Positions 32,348 through 42,271 of a DNA stretch of 64,000 nucleotides are shown here, in pieces (position 1 is the first letter of the stretch; each line of letters opens with the position of its first letter). A program made the translations under genes and the position numbers. Under the pieces are notes generated by a model. The model saw only the letters and a list, made by a program, of their open reading frames with translations, was not told the DNA's origin and searched no databases. Source of the DNA: Microcoleus sp. Its GTDB lineage: Bacteria > Cyanobacteriota > Cyanobacteriia > Cyanobacteriales > Microcoleaceae. The stretch covers positions 512,001 through 576,000 of the forward strand of contig CP181291.1 of the NCBI GenBank assembly GCA_052279835.1. Direction: 5' to 3'.

Positions 32348-35300
32348 TTAGAACTCAACGTTTTCAATATTTTCTAAAGCATCAGCCAAAGGCTTATAGA
32401 GAGCATTTCCAACAGAGTTGTCTGCGACTGCATAATCGCAAGCTCTGAGGATTATTGCTACTAATAAGCTGTTTTCTTCCGAATCGCCATCGATAGCATT
32501 AGCATCTTCTCCTCCTCTAATAGCCGCAAGTTTTTTAGCACTGTTATCTGCCCACGCAGCATCGACAAAATAACCATGAAAAGGAACACCACCGCGAATT
32601 AAGCGCCCTACTGCTTGAATAATCCTCCCTAATGTAGTTGCTGCTAGATCGTAGCGCGGAAAGGCACATAAATCATCGCGATCCCGCAGAGTTTTATAAT
32701 AAGAACGTTGTTCTACCCACCGCCAGTAAGTATTTGCTGTTTTTCGCAATAATTCCGCACGATGGGCAATGCCGTCTCCCTGTTGCCAAGCAATAAAGTC
32801 TTCCTTTTCCAACCACTGATAAGCACGTCGATTCATCTCTTGAGCGATCGCCTGTGTATCATGAGGATGGGGATAAGGACGAGTCAGAAAGTAAACTGCA
32901 CCAAAAGCTGCTTTACCGTTGCTATTCAAGATATTAAACCCACGTCCCATAGCACTGGTAGGAGCAACCAGTATTTTACCTCCATTGTGTCCAAATATTT
33001 CGATATCGGCTCTTTTTAGCTCTCCGAGTTGGGCTTTACCGTCTTTTGTCAGTTCTAATTCATCATTAACTAGATGTTTTATTTGCTGGCGAATGCTGGG
33101 ACAATAATTACGCACCTCATCAGCTACCCATTTAGCCTGTTCGTAAGAATTTACCAAAACTAAAACGCGATCGCGATCGTGCCATAATTCGGCATCTTTT
33201 TCGCCTAATTCTTTCAGTTTTTGCAATTCTTCTATCAAATGATTGCTACCCTTACCTGCAACCAAGGATTTAGCAATTTGAGTAAATTTAGAATTGGCTT
33301 GCTTTTTATTACTCAAATTTCCCGACACCCGCATCGGTTTATTTTTATCGTCAAACTGGGGAATAAACTTAAACTCACTTTGCTTAATTGCCTGTTGTGC
33401 GCTTGCTTCAGGCATCAATATCCCTTGAGGATCGCCTACATGAAAAGTGGTTGAGTCGGGTAAATAGGATGTTCCTGAAAGTGCTAAAACATTTGGGCCT
33501 TGCCTCCCATCAAAATCGGTTAACAAGCTGTGATAGTTAAGCACATAATCTCGCCCAATATTAGTATAAGCAAATAAGCTCAGACTATTACTATTTTTGC
33601 GAGAATAGTAAGTACCAAATTGTCTGCCTGTTGGTGGCAATGGCAGAATATTCATCATAGCACTTGGTATTCGCCGATGAGGTGAAGGTTCGCGAATATT
33701 ACTAGGTCGATTTTGCCATTCGTAAAATACTATCTTGGTATGGCGATCGAGCAAGGTAATAGTCAGAGAAAACTGCAAGCGAAGAGCCAAAGTTTCAATA
33801 GTATCTATATCCTCCTCCTTTGTCAGATATGGGTATAAATCCTCTGCTTTTTGCTGACTTCTAAGATGGTCTAACTCTGCTTTTAATCTGGTTAATTTTA
33901 TTTGCGTCTCAGGTAAAAAATCAGCGATCCAGTTCTGACAATCCTCATAAATATCCTTATCAGTGGCGCTTTCTCCCGTGTTATTAATAAGCTGCACAAT
34001 TTCAGACAATCTGCTTGTAGCGGGCTCTGAACGATTGCGCTTTAGTAGGGGATCGTCTTTGAGAAAATCATCGAAACAATCCATTATAGATTTGATTTCT
34101 AAAGCGTCACTTCTTAATTGCTGTTCCGATCGCGGATAAGAATCAAACTCTTCTAATCCCGCCAAACGACGCGCCAGCTTATAAAAAAGAACGTGAGGTG
34201 TAAAATAACCCTGTTCTACCCATTTTTGCAGGACTTCTTGCCCTAATTCATCACTTAAAAGCGTGAGTGTAGCGTTAATTGCAGTTTGAGCATTTCTTTG
34301 GACGTGACTCCATCTTGACTTTAATGGCGATCGCACTAAATCAGTTCGATATGACTGTTCTGTTTTAACCCCAATATCATCAAAAGTACCGCTTCTACTC
34401 CGATCTGTCAGGGTTACTTGTTTCGCATAAGTTTTATCAAACCACTCAACAATCGTATCTGCTTCATCAAACACCACAATATCTGACTGTTCGTAAATTA
34501 ATTCACCAACTTTAATCGGACGTAATTCGTAATGACAAGGCATACCTGCAAATGCCATTGCACCAGGGGTAGCAATCCAGACTCGCGCTTGTGGCATATC
34601 CCGATATGCTTGCTGTGATGGACAGCGATCGAATAAAGGGCAAAAATAAGGTTTACCAGTGGCTGTTTCTGTTTTATCCTTTGATGCTTTTCTGAGACTG
34701 TGACATGGTTCTGTTCCTGGTTTAAGCGGTTTGCCGTTTAAAATATTATGGCGATCGCTTTGAGAAATTGTTGCTTGCAAAGGACAAACAACACTCAACC
34801 AACGTTCGCCCCAGTGTGGTTGACTTCTTTCAAGATGTGTCAGATAATCATCAGAGTCAGAAAATCCTTGTAAATGTTTATCTCGCCGACTTCTTCCTAA
34901 AATTGGTACAGCTACAGGATCGTCGGTTTCTGGATCGTCACAAAACCACCAATTAATTTTATTTGCTATTTTAATAGCTGATTGGGTATCACCGACAACT
35001 ATAGTTATACGACGCTGGGGATGATTTCTAATTACACTACTAGCTAACAGCAAAGATAAGGTAGATTTTCCCGATGCTACCATCCCCGCAACGTGAGTAA
35101 ATCCGTCTATATTTAAAATCTGCGCGGGTTGTTGTTCGACAATGTTTCCTGGTAAAACTTTGTGATAGTTTAGTTTGCTAAAACGTTTTACCCAATTACC
35201 TTTAGCGGTATTTGACCAAGAATATTGCTGTGCTAAAACATCTTCTCTATTATCTAAAAAAACAGCTTCTGCTTCTAAGTCAGCAAAATTAACAGTAACG

Positions 35301-35905
35301 GGCGATCGCTCTTGTACTCCATTAAACCAGGGTAAAGGATAAGAAGTTGTAACTTGCTCTTGAGTAAACTTAACCTGTAGCCTTACAGTCTCTTCTTTTG
35401 TCTCGGCTTCAAATTGATAATACTCATCAGGTTTTACTTGTTGAATTCTTCTCCGGTGATAGTTTAATGTCGCAGTCAAACATATTTCATAAATATATTG
35501 ATTAGCTAGTTGTTGAGTATTTTTAGCACCATAGATAATTTGATTGTCTAAATTTTGAATATCAAAATTATAGTTTCGCCAATTGTCAGGAATATTTCTC
35601 ATATAGTCTCGCAGCGCATTTAGCCAATCGAAGCGAGCTGAAAAAGGCACAATTTGTCTGACATTTGCGATCGCTCTTTTATCTTCTGCGCTTAAATTCT
35701 GTAACTTAGGATGTTTGATAAACATCCCGCTTAAAATCGCCCATACTGCGGTAACTGGTTCGTCATCTAAGCCCAACTTTTCCATTAAAGCAAAACCAAG
35801 TTCGACTTGTAACAGTAATTCTGGTTCTAGGATGCCCTGTTCTTTTAAAGCTGCAATACGGTTTGTAAATTCAGCAGGCGGTTCAAATAAAGTTTTGCTA
35901 AACAT
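32348..35905 (-). CDS. pPIWI-RE-associated DinG-like SF2 helicase
   Basis: Walker A GMVASGKST, Cys cluster CPL..C..CPLFDRCP, Walker B VFDEAD, LSGTS, MGRGFNI, TRPYP.P.D and QAVGRLIRGG motifs. Confidence 0.9.
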   Translation of the reverse strand: MFSKTLFEPPAEFTNRIAALKEQGILEPELLLQVELGFALMEKLGLDDEPVTAVWAILSGMFIKHPKLQNLSAEDKRAIANVRQIVPFSARFDWLNALRDYMRNIPDNWRNYNFDIQNLDNQIIYGAKNTQQLANQYIYEICLTATLNYHRRRIQQVKPDEYYQFEAETKEETVRLQVKFTQEQVTTSYPLPWFNGVQERSPVTVNFADLEAEAVFLDNREDVLAQQYSWSNTAKGNWVKRFSKLNYHKVLPGNIVEQQPAQILNIDGFTHVAGMVASGKSTLSLLLASSVIRNHPQRRITIVVGDTQSAIKIANKINWWFCDDPETDDPVAVPILGRSRRDKHLQGFSDSDDYLTHLERSQPHWGERWLSVVCPLQATISQSDRHNILNGKPLKPGTEPCHSLRKASKDKTETATGKPYFCPLFDRCPSQQAYRDMPQARVWIATPGAMAFAGMPCHYELRPIKVGELIYEQSDIVVFDEADTIVEWFDKTYAKQVTLTDRSRSGTFDDIGVKTEQSYRTDLVRSPLKSRWSHVQRNAQTAINATLTLLSDELGQEVLQKWVEQGYFTPHVLFYKLARRLAGLEEFDSYPRSEQQLRSDALEIKSIMDCFDDFLKDDPLLKRNRSEPATSRLSEIVQLINNTGESATDKDIYEDCQNWIADFLPETQIKLTRLKAELDHLRSQQKAEDLYPYLTKEEDIDTIETLALRLQFSLTITLLDRHTKIVFYEWQNRPSNIREPSPHRRIPSAMMNILPLPPTGRQFGTYYSRKNSNSLSLFAYTNIGRDYVLNYHSLLTDFDGRQGPNVLALSGTSYLPDSTTFHVGDPQGILMPEASAQQAIKQSEFKFIPQFDDKNKPMRVSGNLSNKKQANSKFTQIAKSLVAGKGSNHLIEELQKLKELGEKDAELWHDRDRVLVLVNSYEQAKWVADEVRNYCPSIRQQIKHLVNDELELTKDGKAQLGELKRADIEIFGHNGGKILVAPTSAMGRGFNILNSNGKAAFGAVYFLTRPYPHPHDTQAIAQEMNRRAYQWLEKEDFIAWQQGDGIAHRAELLRKTANTYWRWVEQRSYYKTLRDRDDLCAFPRYDLAATTLGRIIQAVGRLIRGGVPFHGYFVDAAWADNSAKKLAAIRGGEDANAIDGDSEENSLLVAIILRACDYAVADNSVGNALYKPLADALENIENVEF

Positions 35906-37060
35906 TTAAACTGTTCCTCCTTTTTTTAGTTTGGTAATTTTGTCATTTACTCGATTTTTAAAACTATTCTCACTAACAAGATGAATCGCATTCGATAGCT
36001 TTTTTGCTGCTTTTCGGAGAATTTCTAAGTAGTCGGGATAGTTTGCTATGCAGCGATCGCTAATCACATAAAAACTTTCGTCATAACGCAAACTTCCCTC
36101 GCTATATAAAGGCTTGAGATTTTTAGCTAGTTTATAAGGATCGCGTACATCTTTAATATCGATCGCCCATACTGTACCGTCGTTGAAACCCAACTGTAAA
36201 TCGTAACGATCCAAACCCGGATATAATTTGACTTGGTGTAAATAGTCTGGATATTTTTCTTTTAATTTTTCTAAAGCCGAACACAACGTAAGTTCGGGGA
36301 TACCAGGAAAACAAACTCGTTGATGAATGCCATCTTTAATCCGAAGTAAACCTCTTTCCCACGTAACCTGATGGACATAATTTTGGTCTTGATGGTGATT
36401 TCCGCATAAACTAGGTTTTATGCCTTTCAATCTTCCGTATTTTTCTGTTAACACACCACAGCGATCGCAATACCAATAGGTTTGATTCTCCTGACAGTCT
36501 TCGTATAACTCTCCAACTTCTGCGATATCAATATGTTTGGCACGCATAAAAGTCTTACGAATCTCACTGGTAGTAGTGTATTGATTTTCAATCAAAAAAC
36601 GGCGCACTGATAAATATTCCTGCTGCGCTTGTTCCGAATCAGCGTCGTTAGAAACATCTCTTAGTTTGTTTAAAATTTTTGTAAATTTTGAATTATCGAT
36701 TGCTAGTTGTTTAACGAGCGGGCTGGCGGATTCGATAATTCCATCTTTTTCGAGTAAAACTTCAGCAAGATAATCATTAGCCTCCTCACTGAGGCTACCC
36801 TCATCCATCAAACCAAAATCATTATCGAATTCTTGAGGAGTAAAATAACTGGGACACCAATTTTTTACTGGCTCTTCCAATAACTGCAAAAAACCATTCA
36901 TTGTTTTAGGAAAAGGTCTACCTGCCTTCATTTCTAGAGCTAAAGCATTCATTCCATGACGCAGCAAATCTGGATAAGGATATTTTTTTTCTCGATCTAG
37001 ATATTCTTTTGACCCAATTACTAGATAGTCGAAAAATTGTGTTTTATTGCTAGTAGCCAT
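35906..37060 (-). CDS. pPIWI-RE-associated restriction-endonuclease-fold protein (with Zn ribbon)
   Basis: CDRCG..C..H Zn site; PG.PEL; YPGLDRYDL...WAIDIKD PD-(D/E)xK motif; AAGGAG RBS; abuts the helicase start. Confidence 0.88.
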   Translation of the reverse strand: MATSNKTQFFDYLVIGSKEYLDREKKYPYPDLLRHGMNALALEMKAGRPFPKTMNGFLQLLEEPVKNWCPSYFTPQEFDNDFGLMDEGSLSEEANDYLAEVLLEKDGIIESASPLVKQLAIDNSKFTKILNKLRDVSNDADSEQAQQEYLSVRRFLIENQYTTTSEIRKTFMRAKHIDIAEVGELYEDCQENQTYWYCDRCGVLTEKYGRLKGIKPSLCGNHHQDQNYVHQVTWERGLLRIKDGIHQRVCFPGIPELTLCSALEKLKEKYPDYLHQVKLYPGLDRYDLQLGFNDGTVWAIDIKDVRDPYKLAKNLKPLYSEGSLRYDESFYVISDRCIANYPDYLEILRKAAKKLSNAIHLVSENSFKNRVNDKITKLKKGGTV

Positions 37061-37439
37061 AAACCGCTCCTTTGTAAGGTGAACAAAATTGGTAAGGTAA
37101 TATCTGCCTCATCCTAGTCTTGACATCACTAAAAAATAAATTGCGCATACACAGTATCTTGGTGCTGCAGAAAGCTATTTTGTGGCAGCATAAAATGCTC
37201 CAGCCATTTTTTGCCAACGCAAACACGGCTTTTGAGCGTCCCAGATTTTGGGTCAACCCAATTTCTCTCACCGAATTTTACTGGTGGTACCACTAAGTAC
37301 ACATTACTTAACCTCTGCTGTGTCTTACAAGCGATACAATAGTTTCACCAAGCATACACACCCCAGTTTAATTAACTTTTACAATAAAAAGGAATGAGCG
37401 AAGAGGGATGAAACTTAGATAAAAGTTGACGACAAATAC

Positions 37440-37476
37440 ACGATAGTTTGGAAAGCTATCGTCTATAATGTAGTAT
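37440..37476 (+). promoter_or_regulatory. Promoter of the tRNA-like pair: inverted repeat, TATAAT -10 and overlapping TGTAGTAT box
   Basis: ACGATAG-tttggaaag-CTATCGT, then TATAAT (37464-37469) and TGTAGTAT (37469-37476). Confidence 0.6.
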
Positions 37477-37494
37477 GGGCGATTTCTAAGATTT

Positions 37495-37569
37495 GGGACT
37501 GGTCGCTCAATTGGAAGGGCACTGCGACATCATCGCAGAGGTTGGGAGTTCAAGTCTCCCTCAGTTCCA
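37495..37569 (+). tRNA. Non-canonical tRNA-like gene (Asp-like body, loop ACAUCAU giving AUC, 8-bp acceptor stem)
   Basis: Folds as GGGACTGG/TCAGTTCC; D-arm GCTC/GGGC; anticodon arm CTGCG/CGCAG; T-arm GGGAG-TTCAAGT-CTCCC; discriminator A then CC. Confidence 0.8.
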
Positions 37570-37577
37570 CCTTTTTG

Positions 37578-37649
37578 GGGGTTATAGCTCAATGGAAGAG
37601 CGCTTTCTCTGCAGGAAAGAAGTTAGAGGTTCAAATCCTCTTAGCCCCA
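37578..37649 (+). tRNA. Non-canonical tRNA-like gene (loop UCUGCAG giving UGC; lacks the G3.U70 Ala identity pair)
   Basis: Folds as GGGGTTA/TAGCCCC; D-arm GCTC/GAGC; anticodon arm CTTTC/GAAAG; T-arm AGAGG-TTCAAAT-CCTCT; discriminator A then CC. Confidence 0.8.
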
Positions 37650-37716
37650 CCCATCGATATCAAATCTGGATATATGAAGGGGTTTTCGCGCTCAATTTCT
37701 CAAGGGGTTGGTCAAG

Positions 37717-39126
37717 ATGAATATCCCACCAGACCAATTAGAAATTTGCCTCAATGTTCTGCAACAAATTTCAGAAGATCCAGCGGTCATTGGCGAACAC
37801 GATCGCTTCAAAAGTTTGATTGCCAAAATCTACAAACAGGGACGCAAAGGTTGGCGTCAAACTCAACAACAACAACGACGAATTGAAGATAGCCAACTCA
37901 AAGCATCAACCGTCATGGTGCAGCATCAGCGCCAACAACAGCCATGGGCTGCCTTACCAGAATCAACAACCCGATCGCAGCATTTGCACAAGCCCATCCT
38001 TTGTTACATTTGCAAAACACCCTATACAGAAATTCATTTTTTTTATCATTCACTTTGCCCAAAATGTGCTCAATTTAATTACCAAAAACGACAACAGCGA
38101 ACCCATTTAGTTGGGCGAACTGCATTAGTGACAGGTGGACGCATCAAGATTGGCTATCAGATGGGATTGCGACTGTTGCAAGATGGTGCTAGGGTGATTC
38201 TGACCACAAGATTTCCCTATGACTGTGCTAATCGCTATAGTCTAGAACCCGATTTCGAGCAGTGGCGCGATCGCCTGCAAATTCACGGACTCGATCTGCG
38301 AAATATTCCAGCAGTAGAAACATTTGTACAGGATTTATTCCATACTGAATCAGCTCTCGATCTGATTATCAACAATGCAGCTCAAACTATCAAGCGTCCA
38401 TTGGCATTTTATCAGCATCTCTTAGAGCGAGAAGAAGAAGCATCACAAATACTCAGTAACAACGCCCAAGCATTAATCCCGATCGATCGCAATCTATTAA
38501 AGGAGCAATTACCTCGACATCAATCTCTTTTACTCGAAAGTCAACCGAATTACAAAGATCGCCTACCGGGTGCGATCGCCGATTACTTCCCGCGCGATTG
38601 CTTCGATGCTGACGGACAACAACAGGATCTTCGCCCCGAGAATAGCTGGTTGCTAAAACTAGATGAGGTAAATACGATTGAGTTACTTGAAGTACAGGTG
38701 GTGAACGCGATCGCACCCTTCATTCTTAACAGTCAACTCAAACCATTACTACTTCATTCATCCTTTGAAAGACGATTTATCATCAACGTTTCAGCAATGG
38801 AAGGACAATTCAACCGATCCAGTAAAACATCCTATCATCCCCATACCAATATGGCAAAAGCAGCTTTGAATATGATGACGCGAACCTCGGCAGTTGATTA
38901 TGCTCGATCTAATATTTTCATGAACAGCGTCGATACGGGTTGGATTACCAATGAAAATCCCGATCCTAAGAAAATACGAGTTCAAGGAGAACAAGGCTTT
39001 TACACGCCCTTAGATGCGATTGATGGGATGGCAAGAATTTACGATCCGATCGTTCAAGGTATTGAAAACCCCGATCCTCCGATTTACGGTCATTTTCTTA
39101 AAGACTACGCCCCCTATCCCTGGTAG
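37717..39126 (+). CDS. SDR-family oxidoreductase with N-terminal Zn-finger-like CxxC...CxxC
   Basis: CYICK..HFFYHSLCPKC; TGGRIKIG; INNAAQT; NVSAMEG; HTNMAKAALNM; DTGW. Confidence 0.88.
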   Translation: MNIPPDQLEICLNVLQQISEDPAVIGEHDRFKSLIAKIYKQGRKGWRQTQQQQRRIEDSQLKASTVMVQHQRQQQPWAALPESTTRSQHLHKPILCYICKTPYTEIHFFYHSLCPKCAQFNYQKRQQRTHLVGRTALVTGGRIKIGYQMGLRLLQDGARVILTTRFPYDCANRYSLEPDFEQWRDRLQIHGLDLRNIPAVETFVQDLFHTESALDLIINNAAQTIKRPLAFYQHLLEREEEASQILSNNAQALIPIDRNLLKEQLPRHQSLLLESQPNYKDRLPGAIADYFPRDCFDADGQQQDLRPENSWLLKLDEVNTIELLEVQVVNAIAPFILNSQLKPLLLHSSFERRFIINVSAMEGQFNRSSKTSYHPHTNMAKAALNMMTRTSAVDYARSNIFMNSVDTGWITNENPDPKKIRVQGEQGFYTPLDAIDGMARIYDPIVQGIENPDPPIYGHFLKDYAPYPW

Positions 39127-39129
39127 CAA

Positions 39130-40293
39130 ATGATGATAAATACCGCTCTTCACTGTCCGTTACCCAATCCCATAGACTCTTCCTCCGAAGTTGTAATGGA
39201 ACTCAAATCGTTAATCGATTATCTCCAAACCGATCGACCGCTCGCTCAAAAAATAGTCTTCCCGCGCGGCACAGTAATGCCCGATGGACGACTTGATTTG
39301 TGCAAGCAAGATTTAGGTGTAATGGGATGTCATTTAGTGACTGAAGCATTGGCAAACAATGATGCGATCGCTAGCTTATTATTGGGAACCAATGGTATTG
39401 GCGATCGGGGTGCTAAGGATGTGGCGCGATTGATTCAACGTAACAACCGTTTAGAGATTGTCTATTTAGGTTGCAATGGGATTTCATCGACAGGTATTGC
39501 TGCACTTGCCGAAGCGCTGACGCAGAATCAATCTATAACTGGTTTGTGGTTAAAACGCAATCCGATTGGCCCAGAAGGTGCAGATAGTCTAGCGGAAATG
39601 TTGCGTCACAATACAAGTATCCGCACGCTAGATTTGGTCAATACTCAAATAGGAGATGAGGGATTAGCCGCCATTTTAGAGGTTTTGACTTACACCAATC
39701 GTACTGTTGAACGGCTGTACTTGGGCGGCAATCAAATTCAGGAAAACCATGCTGCTTTACTGGCTAATCTTTTAGCTGATAATCCTGCGATTACTGGCTT
39801 ATTTCTTAATGTCAATCATCTTGGCGATCGAGGTGTTACAGTTTTAGTGGATGGATTGGCAGAAAATAAAACACTGGTTGATTTAGGACTAGCTAGCAAT
39901 GGAATTGGGGTAGCAGGGTGCAATCCATTATTAGCAGCAGTGGCAACCCATCCCAAACTTAGTAATCTGGATTTAGGTTATAGTCCTTCTACAGGAGTGT
40001 TGGGATCGCAGCCCAATCAGATTGGAGATATCGGTGCAAGTGCGATCGCCCATTCGCTAGCACGGAACCAAACCTTATTGAAACTCAATCTTTGTCGGAA
40101 TAGAATTGGCAATTTGGGAAAAAAAGCGCTCGTTGCTGCATTAGAAATCAATCAAAAATTATGTTATCTGATTTTAGATGGGCAACCCGATCGGCGAATT
40201 GAAGTTTTGTTAGAGCGCAACCGAATGCTGAATTTTGGTGAAGAATTACATCAGCCTCGTAGTGTTTCTTTAATCCAGAGTGTATATCGTTGA
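39130..40293 (+). CDS. Leucine-rich repeat protein, ribonuclease-inhibitor-like (28-aa LRRs)
   Basis: Repeating LxLxxNxIGxxG units; N-terminal FPRGT.MPDGRLDLCKQ; 3 nt after the SDR stop. Confidence 0.88.
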   Translation: MMINTALHCPLPNPIDSSSEVVMELKSLIDYLQTDRPLAQKIVFPRGTVMPDGRLDLCKQDLGVMGCHLVTEALANNDAIASLLLGTNGIGDRGAKDVARLIQRNNRLEIVYLGCNGISSTGIAALAEALTQNQSITGLWLKRNPIGPEGADSLAEMLRHNTSIRTLDLVNTQIGDEGLAAILEVLTYTNRTVERLYLGGNQIQENHAALLANLLADNPAITGLFLNVNHLGDRGVTVLVDGLAENKTLVDLGLASNGIGVAGCNPLLAAVATHPKLSNLDLGYSPSTGVLGSQPNQIGDIGASAIAHSLARNQTLLKLNLCRNRIGNLGKKALVAALEINQKLCYLILDGQPDRRIEVLLERNRMLNFGEELHQPRSVSLIQSVYR

Positions 40294-40355
40294 GTTTAAC
40301 CCTTTTCATCCGACACTAACCTCGATCGGTATAGTGTGGGGATTCCCGTCAAAGC

Positions 40356-41141
40356 TCAAATTCGATCGGGATCGATACCCTGCGATCGCAAAAATTCGGC
40401 TAATTGGGCAACTCGCTGCTCGGCTTGAGTAGCTCGCTGTTCGGCTTGAATCGCCCAATGTTCGAGCTCTGTGGATCTGAGCAGGCGCTCTTGAGTTTGA
40501 GCATCCACCATCACCACCTCGCCGTCGTGCAATCCCATCCACAAACCCACGGTTTCGCACATAATGCGTCCCTCTTCATCGGGAGTAATCGGCACGTAGA
40601 TGCCATCCATTAAACGGTAGCCCAACACCTCATCCAGCATTTGACCTCGCTGGCGTCGCCGATCGAAAATGATATATTCCTGTACGCTGGCCCTCGCGTA
40701 TTGTTGGACTTTGATTTCTCGATCCTCTTTGCGATATCGAGGCGAAACCACTTCAACAATTAAAGACGGACGCGCGCCTTCAGAGTTCACTAAAAACTCT
40801 GTCCGCACCTGCTCTTTATTTTGAATGCCAAACACCACGCAAGTATCGGGACAATGATCTTTTAAATCGGAAATTCCCCAGCGAACTATGAGATCGCGAA
40901 AAACCGCTGTTGTTGGATCGTTAGCGTAGTGGCGAGTGAGAATATCTTTAATATCTCCTGCTATGCGATCGTGAAAAGTGCTATTTGGCAAATGATATCC
41001 CTCTTCTGGATGGAGAAATTCTTCCCCAGTCAGGGGAATATCCTCGAAAACCCTGCTGCCATCGGGTTGGACGATTTCTTCGGTGCGCCAACCGCGTTCG
41101 GCTAATTCGTTTGTTGGATGGCGGGTAATGGCGATCGTCAT
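40356..41141 (-). CDS. Uma2-family endonuclease-fold protein
   Basis: PD..VVFG, P.LIVEVVSP, K..Y....EY.IFD motifs; C-terminal AEQRA repeats and GIDPD. Confidence 0.9.
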   Translation of the reverse strand: MTIAITRHPTNELAERGWRTEEIVQPDGSRVFEDIPLTGEEFLHPEEGYHLPNSTFHDRIAGDIKDILTRHYANDPTTAVFRDLIVRWGISDLKDHCPDTCVVFGIQNKEQVRTEFLVNSEGARPSLIVEVVSPRYRKEDREIKVQQYARASVQEYIIFDRRRQRGQMLDEVLGYRLMDGIYVPITPDEEGRIMCETVGLWMGLHDGEVVMVDAQTQERLLRSTELEHWAIQAEQRATQAEQRVAQLAEFLRSQGIDPDRI

Positions 41142-41181
41142 TGCTTTTCCATTTTTGACCTAGCTATATTATACAGCCAGA

Positions 41182-41284
41182 TATAGCAATCCTTGCAGGA
41201 GTCGTAAGTTTTTTACCCCACCCCAACCCGGACCTTGCTAAGGTCCGGGAGCAAGAAATTCACAAATGATTTAGGATTGCTATA
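41182..41284. mobile_element. MITE-like element with TATAGCAATCCT terminal inverted repeats
   Basis: TATAGCAATCCT...AGGATTGCTATA; internal hairpin CCCGGACCTT-gct-AAGGTCCGGG. Confidence 0.75.
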
Positions 41285-41450
41285 GATGATTTGACATTTA
41301 GATCGGGTTCCCTATTAGCTAATACTTTCGCTGCTCGATCGTAAAAAAAATGGAAGAATTTGCTCTTCCATTTTTCAATAAAAACTATTTGTCCTGACTG
41401 CAAACCACTGTGATTATTACTAATTCATCGAATGCGATCGCATTTTGGAA

Positions 41451-42152
41451 TTAAACAGCGGCCAACTCAGGAGTCGGGCGCTTGCTGTTGCGGATACCCT
41501 CGATCGCCCCTGCGTAATCCTTCGCCTTAAACACAGCAGAACCGGCGACAACAGCATTTGCGCCCGCTTCCAAAACCTGCCAAGTATTGTCCACCTTCAA
41601 ACCGCCATCCACCTCAATCCAAGGATCGAGACCTCTCTCATCGCACATTTGGCGCAACTGGCGAATTTTTGGCAACACAGTCGGAATAAAACTTTGGCCG
41701 CCAAAACCCGGATTGACGCTCATAATCAGCACCAAATCGCAAAGTTCCAGCACGTACTCAATCAACTCCAAAGGAGTCGAAGGATTCAGAACCACACCAG
41801 CCATTTTGCCCAATTCCCGAATTTGACCGAGAGTGCGGTGCAAGTGAGGCGAAGCATTGTGTTCGGCGTGAACGGAAATAATGTCAGCACCAGCCTTCGC
41901 AAAGTCTTCAACATACTTCTCCGGTTCCACAATCATCAAGTGGACATCCAGAGGTTTCTTAGTCACGGGGCGAATTGCTTCTACAATCAGCGGTCCGATC
42001 GTAATATTAGGAACAAAGCGACCATCCATCACATCTACGTGAATCCAGTCAGCCCCAGCTTTGTCGATCGCCCGAATCTCATCTCCAAGACGGCTAAAAT
42101 CGGCTGATAATATAGATGGAGCAATAACTATCGGTTTTTGGGATTTGGTCAT
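41451..42152 (-). CDS. rpe: Ribulose-phosphate 3-epimerase
   Basis: [37 protein letters not shown] and EVDGG motifs. Confidence 0.98.
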   Translation of the reverse strand: MTKSQKPIVIAPSILSADFSRLGDEIRAIDKAGADWIHVDVMDGRFVPNITIGPLIVEAIRPVTKKPLDVHLMIVEPEKYVEDFAKAGADIISVHAEHNASPHLHRTLGQIRELGKMAGVVLNPSTPLELIEYVLELCDLVLIMSVNPGFGGQSFIPTVLPKIRQLRQMCDERGLDPWIEVDGGLKVDNTWQVLEAGANAVVAGSAVFKAKDYAGAIEGIRNSKRPTPELAAV

Positions 42153-42271
42153 GGCTTTCGTCTGTTCTCCTGTCTCCTTGGCTGTATCCAGTTTATCAAA
42201 ATGTGGGTCTGGGGGCTGAGGAATTTTGAGTTGGCAGTTTTGAGTTTTAACTTGCGAATGTGGATAAAAAT

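Noticed and set aside
37050..37271. 73-aa ORF upstream of the REase as a fourth operon gene
   Set aside because: No recognisable motif and an atypical Cys-rich composition; not excluded, but unsupported
37495..37649. tRNA-like genes as the integration site of the pPIWI-RE island
   Set aside because: Their 3' ends point away from the operon; I saw no integrase and no duplicated tRNA 3' end
37493..37886. ORFs 37493-37720 and 37542-37886
   Set aside because: They overlap the tRNA-like cloverleaves and the SDR gene and show no protein features
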